A stretch of DNA of 64,000 nucleotides from IMG/VR virus record IMGVR_UViG_3300025759_000075, positions 1 to 64,000 of that record. The stretch is one strand, 5' to 3'. The position numbers and the translations under genes were made by a program. Below the pieces are notes generated by a model. The model saw only the letters and a program-made list of their open reading frames with translations. It made no database searches and was not told the origin of the DNA. The stretch comes from an uncultured virus (IMG/VR IMGVR_UViG_3300025759_000075) (taxonomy: Duplodnaviria > Heunggongvirae > Uroviricota > Caudoviricetes). The first letter of the stretch is position 1. Each line of letters opens with the position of its first letter. This document shows, piece after piece, positions 15,503-23,708 of the stretch.

Positions 15503-17415
15503 TGGTGTACGCACGCCGCCAGTCGCGGCCTAAGCCCCGCCAAGCCCAAACCCGTAAATGGCCCGCCCCTGTGGCCGGCTGGGTTTCCAACAGGATGCTT
15601 TCTGATCCCAAGTCGATCGAAGGCCCTGGCGCTGCGGTGTTGGACAACTTCTTCCCCCGTGCAACTGGTGTGGCCTTTCGCCGCGGGAAAGCACGTTACG
15701 CCACGCTTGAGAATGACACGCTGGATGTGCAGGCGCTGTTTACCTATGACAATGGCACAAATGAAAGCCTGTTTGCTGCCAATGCAAGCACGATCTATGA
15801 CATTTCGGATGTGATATTCCCTGAAGCGCTCGACATTACCGACGGCGATGGCGATGCACTGGTTGACGATCTGGGCAATATAATCGGATGGAGTTCGACC
15901 GAAGGACTGGACCGCGCCACTGGCTACACGTCGGGCGATTGGTCCGTTATCCAGTTTGCCACCACGGGCGGGATATTCCTTGTTGGCGTAAATGGATCGG
16001 ACATCGGCTTCATCTATGACGGGACCAACTTCTACCCGAACGTCGTGGGCGGCACGACACAGGTCAATTATGACGGCCTGACCGATGATTTCACGCCGGG
16101 CGAGGTTATTACGGGCGGCACAAGCGGGGCCACAGGCACGCTATGGCAGCAGAAGTCTGCGACCGATACGACGGGCCAACTGTTCCTGATCGATGTCACA
16201 GGCACATTTGAAGACGATGAAGAACTGACCGGCGCGACCACTGGCGTTGCTGATGTTATCGGTGATCCGGTAATTGCGGCTCCGGGCATGGATTTTGGCG
16301 CTTACACGTCTGCCGATATGTCTTTCGTGTGGTCCTACAAGAACCGCCTGTATTTCACCCAGAACGATAGCCTGACGGCTTGGTATCTGCCTGTCGATCA
16401 GATTGGCGGCACGGCAAGCGCGTTCCCTATGGGCGGCATTTTCGCCAATGGCGGCTATCTCATGTTCGGACAACGCTGGTCGCTTGAAGCGGGCGGGTCC
16501 GGCGGCCTTTCCGAACAGAACATCTTCGTGTCGTCTGAAGGCGAGGTCGCAATTTATCAGGGCACGTCACCCGATGAACCTTCAACGTGGTCGCTGGTGG
16601 GGGTCTATCGGATTGGAAACCCGCTCGGGAAACGCGCCTACCTTCGCGGCGGCGGTGACTTGGCCATCGCCACGTCTGTCGGTCTTGTTCCCTTGTCGAA
16701 GGCTATTTCGCTGGATGTGACTGCGCTCAACGTGGGCACGATCAGTTACAAGATCGCCGATGCATGGACTGAAGCCGTGCAACTGCGTGGACAGCAGAAC
16801 TGGCAGTGCATGATCTGGCCCGAAAAGAAATTGGCCGCGATTGCTTTGCCCGACATGATCGGCTCCAGCGATCCCGTCATGTTCATTTCGAACACTGAAA
16901 CAGGCGCATGGGCACGCTATACCAACTGGCAGGGACTTTCTCTGGCAGTGTTCCGCGGGCAACTTTATTTCGGATCCACGGGCGGCAAGGTATATCAGGC
17001 CGAGGTTGGCGGGCAGGACGACGGGGAAACCTATTCCGGTGCCGTTGTGCCGCTGTTCGATGACCTTGAGTTTTCGGCCGGTGCCAAGGTTGGCAAGATG
17101 GCCCGGGCTCGCGTGCGTGCCTCGACCGAGATCGTGGACAATGTTTCCCTGCTGGCCGATTACAACGTGGACCTTCCTCCCGCTCCCGATGCGACGGGCG
17201 TGTTCGCTTCCAACACTTGGGGCGCAGCCGTTTGGGGTGAGGCGACGTGGGGTGCTGCGGTGCCGAGCGTTATTAATCAGGAATGGCGATCGGCAGGGGC
17301 AGTGGGATATTCGATTGCGCCCTGCTACCAGGTGACCAGCGGAGCCCCTGCGCCTCTGGACGTAGAATTGATCGACATCGATATTCTCTACAACACGGCA
17401 GAGGCGGTGACTTGA
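15502..17415 (+). CDS. Tail nozzle / packaged-DNA stabilisation protein
   Basis: Beta-rich 637 aa after adaptor; YKNRLYF propeller-like motifs. Confidence 0.7.
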   Translation: MVYARRQSRPKPRQAQTRKWPAPVAGWVSNRMLSDPKSIEGPGAAVLDNFFPRATGVAFRRGKARYATLENDTLDVQALFTYDNGTNESLFAANASTIYDISDVIFPEALDITDGDGDALVDDLGNIIGWSSTEGLDRATGYTSGDWSVIQFATTGGIFLVGVNGSDIGFIYDGTNFYPNVVGGTTQVNYDGLTDDFTPGEVITGGTSGATGTLWQQKSATDTTGQLFLIDVTGTFEDDEELTGATTGVADVIGDPVIAAPGMDFGAYTSADMSFVWSYKNRLYFTQNDSLTAWYLPVDQIGGTASAFPMGGIFANGGYLMFGQRWSLEAGGSGGLSEQNIFVSSEGEVAIYQGTSPDEPSTWSLVGVYRIGNPLGKRAYLRGGGDLAIATSVGLVPLSKAISLDVTALNVGTISYKIADAWTEAVQLRGQQNWQCMIWPEKKLAAIALPDMIGSSDPVMFISNTETGAWARYTNWQGLSLAVFRGQLYFGSTGGKVYQAEVGGQDDGETYSGAVVPLFDDLEFSAGAKVGKMARARVRASTEIVDNVSLLADYNVDLPPAPDATGVFASNTWGAAVWGEATWGAAVPSVINQEWRSAGAVGYSIAPCYQVTSGAPAPLDVELIDIDILYNTAEAVT

Positions 17416-17816
17416 TCGTAACAGGCGACCACGTTGCCCAGTTCGTATCTCAACGGCTAGGCTTTGCTCTCTGTCCTCCCTTTACTGCACTCGGCCTTGA
17501 GCGCGATGGCGCATTGGTCGGCGGGGTCATTTTCAACCAGTTCGAAGGCGCGGACGTGCATGTCTCGGCAGCAGGGTCTTGCTGGACACGCGGCTTTTTG
17601 CGGGCGGTGGGGTCTTATGTGTTCGACCAGATGGGGTGCCTGCGCATGACATTCACGACCGAGCAACCCGATGTAGCGGAGTATGCCAAGCGGCTTGGCG
17701 GTGATGTGGAAGGCGTGCTTCGGGACCATTACGGGGAAGGCCGGGATGGCGTGATTATCGGGGTATTGCGAAAAGATTGGAAATTCGGTAACAAGAGGGC
17801 AACCGAGCGCGGCTGA
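17412..17816 (+). CDS. GNAT-fold acetyltransferase-like protein (TTG start)
   Basis: Y.FDQ.GC.R...RLGG..EG.LRDHYGEGRD; homolog at 58376-58780. Confidence 0.7.
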   Translation: MIVTGDHVAQFVSQRLGFALCPPFTALGLERDGALVGGVIFNQFEGADVHVSAAGSCWTRGFLRAVGSYVFDQMGCLRMTFTTEQPDVAEYAKRLGGDVEGVLRDHYGEGRDGVIIGVLRKDWKFGNKRATERG

Positions 17817-17851
17817 ACCTTACTTCACGCGCTTTCCGTGAATGGAAAGCG
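17766..17851 (+). promoter_or_regulatory. Promoter plus bulged two-hairpin leader, copy 1
   Basis: TTGCGA-17-TAACAA; AGCGCG-GC-TGAA...TTCA-CGCGCT; CGCTTTCC...GGAAAGCG. Confidence 0.55.
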
Positions 17852-17856
17852 AGCAA

Positions 17857-18675
17857 GTGAAGACACCTAAAGCGCCCCCTCCCCCGGATCCAGTAGCGAC
17901 AGCGCAGGCCCAAGCGGGCCTCAATCTGTCAACTGCCATCACGCAGCAGAACCTCAACATGACCGATCAGGTCAATCCTTGGGGAACGACAAGCTACACG
18001 CAGAACGGCAACACGCGATTCCAGGATAGCTTCGGGAATTGGGTGGAGGTTCCACGCTACACCCAGACAACCGAGTTTTCTCCCGAACAGCAGGCGATCT
18101 TCGACAAGTCGCAGGCTGCACAGACGAACCTTGCCGGTATCGCACAGGAACAGTCTGGCCGCGTGTCGGAAGCCTTGGCTGATCCGTTCTCTTTCAACAA
18201 TCAGGACGCAGCAGATTGGGCCTATGACCTTAGCCAGTCTCGCATTGCCCCGCAACAGGCGCAGCAGGAAGCGGCTCTCCGCGACAGGCTGATCAATCAG
18301 GGTATCCGCCCGGGCACAACTGCTTGGGATGCGGAGATGGGCCGTCAGACGCAGGGCTTCAACGACCAGAACAACCAGCTTGCCCTTACGGGTCGCAATC
18401 AGGCATTTTCGGAAGCCCTCGCAACGCGCAATCAGCCGCTTAATGAGTTGTCCGCGCTGCTCTCCGGGTCGCAAGTGTCGAACCCCGCCCAGATGTCTGG
18501 CGCCACTCCACAGGTCGGCGTCGGCGGTGTGGACTATTCCGGTATGGTCCAGAACAACTACAACAACCAGATGCAGCAGTATAATGCGCAGATGCAGAAC
18601 CGCGGCGGTATGCTGGGAGGACTGTTCGGGCTTGCAGGTTCCTTGGGTGGGGCCGCTATTCGAGGAGGTTTCTGA
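17857..18675 (+). CDS. DNA ejection (pilot) protein (GTG start)
   Basis: Q/N/A-rich with glycine-rich hydrophobic C-terminus; position. Confidence 0.65.
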   Translation: MKTPKAPPPPDPVATAQAQAGLNLSTAITQQNLNMTDQVNPWGTTSYTQNGNTRFQDSFGNWVEVPRYTQTTEFSPEQQAIFDKSQAAQTNLAGIAQEQSGRVSEALADPFSFNNQDAADWAYDLSQSRIAPQQAQQEAALRDRLINQGIRPGTTAWDAEMGRQTQGFNDQNNQLALTGRNQAFSEALATRNQPLNELSALLSGSQVSNPAQMSGATPQVGVGGVDYSGMVQNNYNNQMQQYNAQMQNRGGMLGGLFGLAGSLGGAAIRGGF

Positions 18676-19376
18676 TGATCCTCCCCCAAGCAGCAATGGC
18701 CGCAGTCGATCCGGTTGCACAGGCTCTTGCGCCGCCTGAAGCCTTCGTCTGGGGGCACGGCGGGCTCAAGATGACCCCGCAACAGGCCATGATGCAGCGG
18801 GAGCGCGGTATCGCCCGATCGCAAGGTGACTTTTCGCCTATCCAGAATTGGACGCAGGGCTTGGGCCGTGTGGCCGAGAATGTGCTTGGCGCCCTTGAGG
18901 CACGCAAGGCGGATAAGGCTCTTGCTGCAGGTGCGGAAGCCGATCGAGGGCTTGCAGAGGCTATCGCTGCTGGAGGTGTGGATGATGCCACCATTGCCCG
19001 GGCGCTGATGGATCCGAATGTGGGTCAGGGCGTGCGCGAATTCGCGGGCATGGAATATGCGGCACGTAGGCCAAAGGCGGCGGCTCCTACCAACATCGAA
19101 AAGCTTATGATCTCGCGCGGCATTCAGCCCGGTTCGCCGGAATGGAATCGCACGCTTGACGCGGCCCTGCAGAACGAAACCGATCCGTTCGTGACGTTCC
19201 AGGGTCCGACCTATGGTTATACCGGCAGGCAATCTGGTCTTGCCGCTGCAATGCAGGGAGGAGGTGGTCCGGTATCTGGAGCGCAGCCGGGTGGTGAGCC
19301 CCCGGCAGTGCTTCCCCCTGACTTTGACTTCGGGGAAGGAGGTCAGGCGTCCGCGCCTGATCCCTTTCGGCGCTAG
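18675..19376 (+). CDS. Internal virion / ejection protein
   Basis: Position in ejection cluster; homolog at 59636-60400. Confidence 0.65.
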   Translation: MILPQAAMAAVDPVAQALAPPEAFVWGHGGLKMTPQQAMMQRERGIARSQGDFSPIQNWTQGLGRVAENVLGALEARKADKALAAGAEADRGLAEAIAAGGVDDATIARALMDPNVGQGVREFAGMEYAARRPKAAAPTNIEKLMISRGIQPGSPEWNRTLDAALQNETDPFVTFQGPTYGYTGRQSGLAAAMQGGGGPVSGAQPGGEPPAVLPPDFDFGEGGQASAPDPFRR

Positions 19377-19383
19377 CGGCTCA

Positions 19384-19755
19384 ATGCTTGATAACATCAC
19401 CGCTCAGACCGAGAGCAACAACCGCAACTATGCCAACGGCCGGCCTGTGACCTCGCCTGCGGGGGCTATGTTCGCCATGCAGGTTATGCCTGCGACTGCG
19501 CGTGACCCCGGGTTTGGGTTGCGCCCCGCCAATCCGAGTGATGCAAACGACATGAACCGCCTTGGCCGTGAATATCGCGCCAAGATGGAGCAGCGCTACG
19601 GCGGCGATCTTAGCAAGATGTGGGGAGCCTATAACGCAGGGCCGGGGCGTGTAGACGATCTCATTCGCCAATACGGCAATGATTGGCTAAGGTATGCCCC
19701 CGCTGAAACTCGCAATTATGTGTCCAAAAACATTCGCGCTCTAAGGGGCAAGTAA
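19384..19755 (+). CDS. Lytic transglycosylase (SLT) domain, probably expressed as a +1 frameshift fusion
   Basis: ES catalytic motif, SP.GA...MQVMPATA, AYNAGPGRV, ETRNYV. Confidence 0.85.
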   Translation: MLDNITAQTESNNRNYANGRPVTSPAGAMFAMQVMPATARDPGFGLRPANPSDANDMNRLGREYRAKMEQRYGGDLSKMWGAYNAGPGRVDDLIRQYGNDWLRYAPAETRNYVSKNIRALRGK

Positions 19756-22556
19756 TGCCGACAAAGACTTATCAGGGCTACACCTACGAACAGCAGGCAG
19801 ACGGCAGCTGGGCGCGCATTGGTTCCGCTTCCGCACAGGGCGCGGTGTTCCAGACCAATCCGAACGCCTCTGCCGAACAGGCGCGCGAAGATGAGCGCCT
19901 GCGCAATGAGCGTCGGCGTCTGCAGATCACCGAAGACAATGCAATGCGCCAAGCGGAAAAGGACCGTATTGCGTTAGACAAGGATTCGGCTGAAGTCGCT
20001 CAGAAGGATAAAGAATCGGCAGCCTTGGAGGCTGCGCAGCGCGCACAGGTTCGCGAGACTGCGGCCACCATGCGCACGGTCATCGAGAAAGCCAAGCAGG
20101 CTAAGGCGCGGTCTAACGACTGGTTTGCCACAGGGTTTGGCGCAGAGACGGCTTTGGGGATAGGTGGTAGCGCAGCGCAGGATGTGCGTGAACTTCTGGC
20201 GCCGATAAAAGCCAATCAGGCATTCACGACTTTGCAGAAGATGCGTGAGGCTTCGCCTACTGGCGGTGCTTTGGGTGCGGTTTCCGAACGTGAACTGGCA
20301 TTGCTACAAAGCACGATCACAGGTCTTGAGCAGACGCAATCTGATGCGCAATTCCAATATGCGATGGATGAAGTTGTCCAGCGCTACACCCGCGCGCTTG
20401 CTGCGCTTGAAGATTCGGACAGGTATTACCGCGAGAACGGCTCGCTTGAAGGATATGTCGGGCCTTCGGAAGAATACCTTAACAGCTACAACCCGAGCGA
20501 TCCCAAGCCCGCCACTGCAGCAGGACAGGGTGCTACACAGACAAGCCTAGAACTGCCGCAGGAATACCAGGATCGGCACGCGGCCTATCTGCGCGAGAAC
20601 TGGGGCAACATCACGCCCGACGGCTATGCGCAATTCCGTGCGGGGCTCGATAACCAATTCTCAGACGTGGCATCGCCTAATATCGAAGCCTATCGCGACA
20701 TTGTTCCTGCCCTCAACCAGATGGCGGCGGAAGGCCAACCTCCTGAAGCGGCCGGACAAGTTCCGCCTGCGGTGCGCGATCTCTCGGGCAGCGAACAAGC
20801 GGTAAACGATTTCGTCACAAGCCCGTTCGGCACCGGCGCCACATCAGCGATCAACAGCGCCACGTTCGGCATTCCTGATGCTTTGGCTGGCCGGCGCCTT
20901 CAGGCTGCGCAGGAACTCAACCCCAAATCTGCCTTTGCCGGTGACTTCTTGGGTGGCGCTGTAGGCTCCGCTCTAGGGGGCACAGGACTTGCGGCAGCTG
21001 GTGTAGGGCGTGCGGCACCTTTCCTTGGCGATGCGCTCTACGGGACCACATACGGCGCTCTGAGTGATGAAGACCCTGTAACGGGCGCCCTGATCGGTCT
21101 GGGTTCGTCTATCGTGGGCGATCAGGTGGGCAAGTATGCGGGGCGCGGCATCAATTCGCTTCGCGCTCCTGAAAATGCACTGAGTGAAGGCCAGCAGGCT
21201 ATCACGCAGACTGTTCGCCAAGCGGATAATCAGGACGTCATTGCGCAGGCTTTAATGCAGGCGCGCGATCTTGGTGTGCCGATGACGCTGGCCGATGCTT
21301 CGCCGGAACTGCAGTCTCTTGCCGGTTCCGCTGCTCGTTTCTCGCCTACCACGGCCGGCACGGCGCGCTCGGTCATGGCAACCCGCAATCAAGGGCAAAT
21401 CGATCGACTGGCTGAAGCGGTGGCGCGCGACCTTGGCCCTGTCGAGAACATCCCGCAGCGCAGCGCCGACCTGATGCAGCAGGCTCGCACGAATGCAGGG
21501 CCGTTGTATGACGCGGCCTATTCAGCCCCGGGCGCTGAGATGGTGGACCTTGGCGACCTTGCTGACCGTCCGACCTTTGAAGCGGCCTTGCGTGAGGCAT
21601 ATAACGAGGTCCTTGATGAAGGTCTGGATCCGTCTGCAGTTGGATTGCAGGGTGTTGGCGATAGTGTAGTGCTGGCTCAACCGTCATGGCAGGCCCTCGA
21701 CTATGCCAAGCGTGGGCTCGACAATATCATTGAATCGAACACTGATATTTCAGGCAAGGTTTCTCCTGCGGGCCGCCGTGCGTTGCAGATGAAGAATGAC
21801 CTTCTTTCCCGCATGGATGCCGCAAACCCGGATTATGCTGCTGCCCGTCAGGCTTTCGCAGGACCAGCGCAAGAGCGCGCGTTTATGCAGCGCGGGACAG
21901 AGGCCTACAACACCCGCCCTGATCAGCTTGGCGTCGATACTGCTAACCTGACGCCCGAACAGCGCCAGCAGATGCAGCTTGGCTTTCAATCGGAAGTAAT
22001 GGGCCGTGCGGGCAACCTTCGCGGAAACACAAATCCATGGGGGCAATTGAACACGCCAAACATGGAAGGGCGCATGGGGGCACTCTATGGCGAAGATGCA
22101 GACATTGCCCGTTTACTGACGCAGCGCGACCTTGAATTGCAACTGGCCGGCAGCGCCAATCGTCTGATTGGTAATAGCGCCACGGCCGAGCGCGAGATTG
22201 CCGACGAGTTCTTCAAGAAACGGAACGGCATGGGAGGCGATGTCGCTATGGGTATTGTCGAGACAGGCGCTCTAGGTGGTCCTTGGCTGACTGTCGGCAA
22301 GGGCATTGCTGACCGTGTATTCAAGGACAAGCGCGAAGCCGCGGCTGCTGCTGCCAATCGTTCGCTTGCCGATGACCTTGGCCCGCTCTTGCTCGATCAG
22401 AACCCGCAAGGGGCGGTTGATTCCCTGTCGTCCATGATGGCACAGGATGCTGAGTATCGCGCTATCGTGGAAGCGCTGACCAATCAGGGCGATAAGTGGG
22501 GCCGCCGGGCTGGAATGGGCCTTAGCACTGCAACTACGGACAGGATTGCTTACTAA
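19755..22556 (+). CDS. Large DNA ejection / transfer protein
   Basis: 933 aa alanine-rich helical; SPTGGALGAVSERE motif; position. Confidence 0.7.
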   Translation: MPTKTYQGYTYEQQADGSWARIGSASAQGAVFQTNPNASAEQAREDERLRNERRRLQITEDNAMRQAEKDRIALDKDSAEVAQKDKESAALEAAQRAQVRETAATMRTVIEKAKQAKARSNDWFATGFGAETALGIGGSAAQDVRELLAPIKANQAFTTLQKMREASPTGGALGAVSERELALLQSTITGLEQTQSDAQFQYAMDEVVQRYTRALAALEDSDRYYRENGSLEGYVGPSEEYLNSYNPSDPKPATAAGQGATQTSLELPQEYQDRHAAYLRENWGNITPDGYAQFRAGLDNQFSDVASPNIEAYRDIVPALNQMAAEGQPPEAAGQVPPAVRDLSGSEQAVNDFVTSPFGTGATSAINSATFGIPDALAGRRLQAAQELNPKSAFAGDFLGGAVGSALGGTGLAAAGVGRAAPFLGDALYGTTYGALSDEDPVTGALIGLGSSIVGDQVGKYAGRGINSLRAPENALSEGQQAITQTVRQADNQDVIAQALMQARDLGVPMTLADASPELQSLAGSAARFSPTTAGTARSVMATRNQGQIDRLAEAVARDLGPVENIPQRSADLMQQARTNAGPLYDAAYSAPGAEMVDLGDLADRPTFEAALREAYNEVLDEGLDPSAVGLQGVGDSVVLAQPSWQALDYAKRGLDNIIESNTDISGKVSPAGRRALQMKNDLLSRMDAANPDYAAARQAFAGPAQERAFMQRGTEAYNTRPDQLGVDTANLTPEQRQQMQLGFQSEVMGRAGNLRGNTNPWGQLNTPNMEGRMGALYGEDADIARLLTQRDLELQLAGSANRLIGNSATAEREIADEFFKKRNGMGGDVAMGIVETGALGGPWLTVGKGIADRVFKDKREAAAAAANRSLADDLGPLLLDQNPQGAVDSLSSMMAQDAEYRAIVEALTNQGDKWGRRAGMGLSTATTDRIAY

Positions 22557-22819
22557 GCGAAGGCGTTAAGAACGGCGACAATTCCAAGCGCCGCCACCGC
22601 CCAAGGCACAAGCATGAATTCCATTCGATCGGATGCCGCCCGATAGCCTGCGAGAAACGCTAGCTGGCGATCCTTCTGGCGGTATGTCTTGGAGGCTTGC
22701 TCAAGGGCTTTGCGCTCATGGCGTGACCTTAGATATTTCTCGGAATCCAGTTCGCTGAACCGTGCGCGCTGCAGTTCCTGCTCAATCTGCGCAATGGTGT
22801 GTTTCGGAGCCGGTTCCAT
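22553..22819 (-). CDS. Small antisense protein with C-terminal transmembrane helix
   Basis: Homolog at 63515-63778 (IE.E..RARF.E...AFLAGY.A). Confidence 0.65.
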   Translation of the reverse strand: MEPAPKHTIAQIEQELQRARFSELDSEKYLRSRHERKALEQASKTYRQKDRQLAFLAGYRAASDRMEFMLVPWAVAALGIVAVLNAFA

Positions 22820-22826
22820 GCCCCTA

Positions 22827-22916
22827 TTGCTAGCACACCGCCTTTGATGTAACAAGCACATGAGAAATTGCGCGGTTGAATTTACCTCACGCGCTTGTGT
22901 TCCAACGCAAGCGGAG
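22827..22916 (+). promoter_or_regulatory. Promoter plus bulged two-hairpin leader, copy 2
   Basis: TTGCTA-17-TAACAA; GCGCG-GT-TGA...TCA-CGCGC; CGCTTGTGTT...AACGCAAGCG. Confidence 0.55.
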
Positions 22917-22924
22917 TTTGGCCT

Positions 22925-23707
22925 GTGCCAAGAGATTCAAACGGCGACTATGATCTTCCCCCGGGTAGTATAGTCAATACTGGGGATGACGTTCTTCCCA
23001 GCCAGCACAATCCACCCCTGCAAGACCTGGCGCAAGCCATGGGCAATTCCCTCGACCGCGACGGTAAGGGCGGGATGCGTGCCGATCTACCGATGAATGG
23101 CAACAAGATCACCGACGTTGCACCGGGGACCAATCCCACGGACGTGGCGACGGTAAGCCAGATCGTAGGTGGTTCGAATATTCCTATCGGCGTGGTGGTG
23201 GACTTTTGGGGCTCAACTCCCCCTGAAAACTATCTGTTCGCCGCGGGGCAAGAGGTCAGCCGTTCGACGTATGCTGCCCTGTTTGCCGTTATCGGAACAA
23301 ATGCAGGCGCAGGGGACGGTTCCACGACATTCAATCTTCCCGATTACCGCGGCAGGATCGGTGCTGGACGTGAAAGCATGGCTACACCTGCCACGACGCG
23401 CCTCAACACACTGTCATCGTCTACCTTGGGGGCGGCAGGTGGTGCCCAGACGCACACTCTGACTGAAGCGCAGATGCCAGCGCACAATCACTCGGTTACA
23501 GATCCCGGCCACACGCATTCCTATCAGCGCGCCACGGTACAGGGCAATGTCGGCGCGGAAGGGGGTATCACTTCTTCGACCACTGTCACTTCTGCCAGCA
23601 CGGTCAGCGCCACAACCGGCATTACCATCGCCAGCAAGGGCGGCGGCGAAGCGCACAACAACGTGCAGCCTACTATCATTTGCAATAAAATTATCAGGAT
23701 AGCATAG
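22925..23707 (+). CDS. Tail fibre protein with tail-collar domain (GTG start)
   Basis: P.G........P..YL...GQ.VSR..YA.LFAVIG...GDGSTTFNLPD.RGR and AHNNVQP motifs. Confidence 0.85.
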   Translation: MPRDSNGDYDLPPGSIVNTGDDVLPSQHNPPLQDLAQAMGNSLDRDGKGGMRADLPMNGNKITDVAPGTNPTDVATVSQIVGGSNIPIGVVVDFWGSTPPENYLFAAGQEVSRSTYAALFAVIGTNAGAGDGSTTFNLPDYRGRIGAGRESMATPATTRLNTLSSSTLGAAGGAQTHTLTEAQMPAHNHSVTDPGHTHSYQRATVQGNVGAEGGITSSTTVTSASTVSATTGITIASKGGGEAHNNVQPTIICNKIIRIA

Positions 23708-23708
23708 C

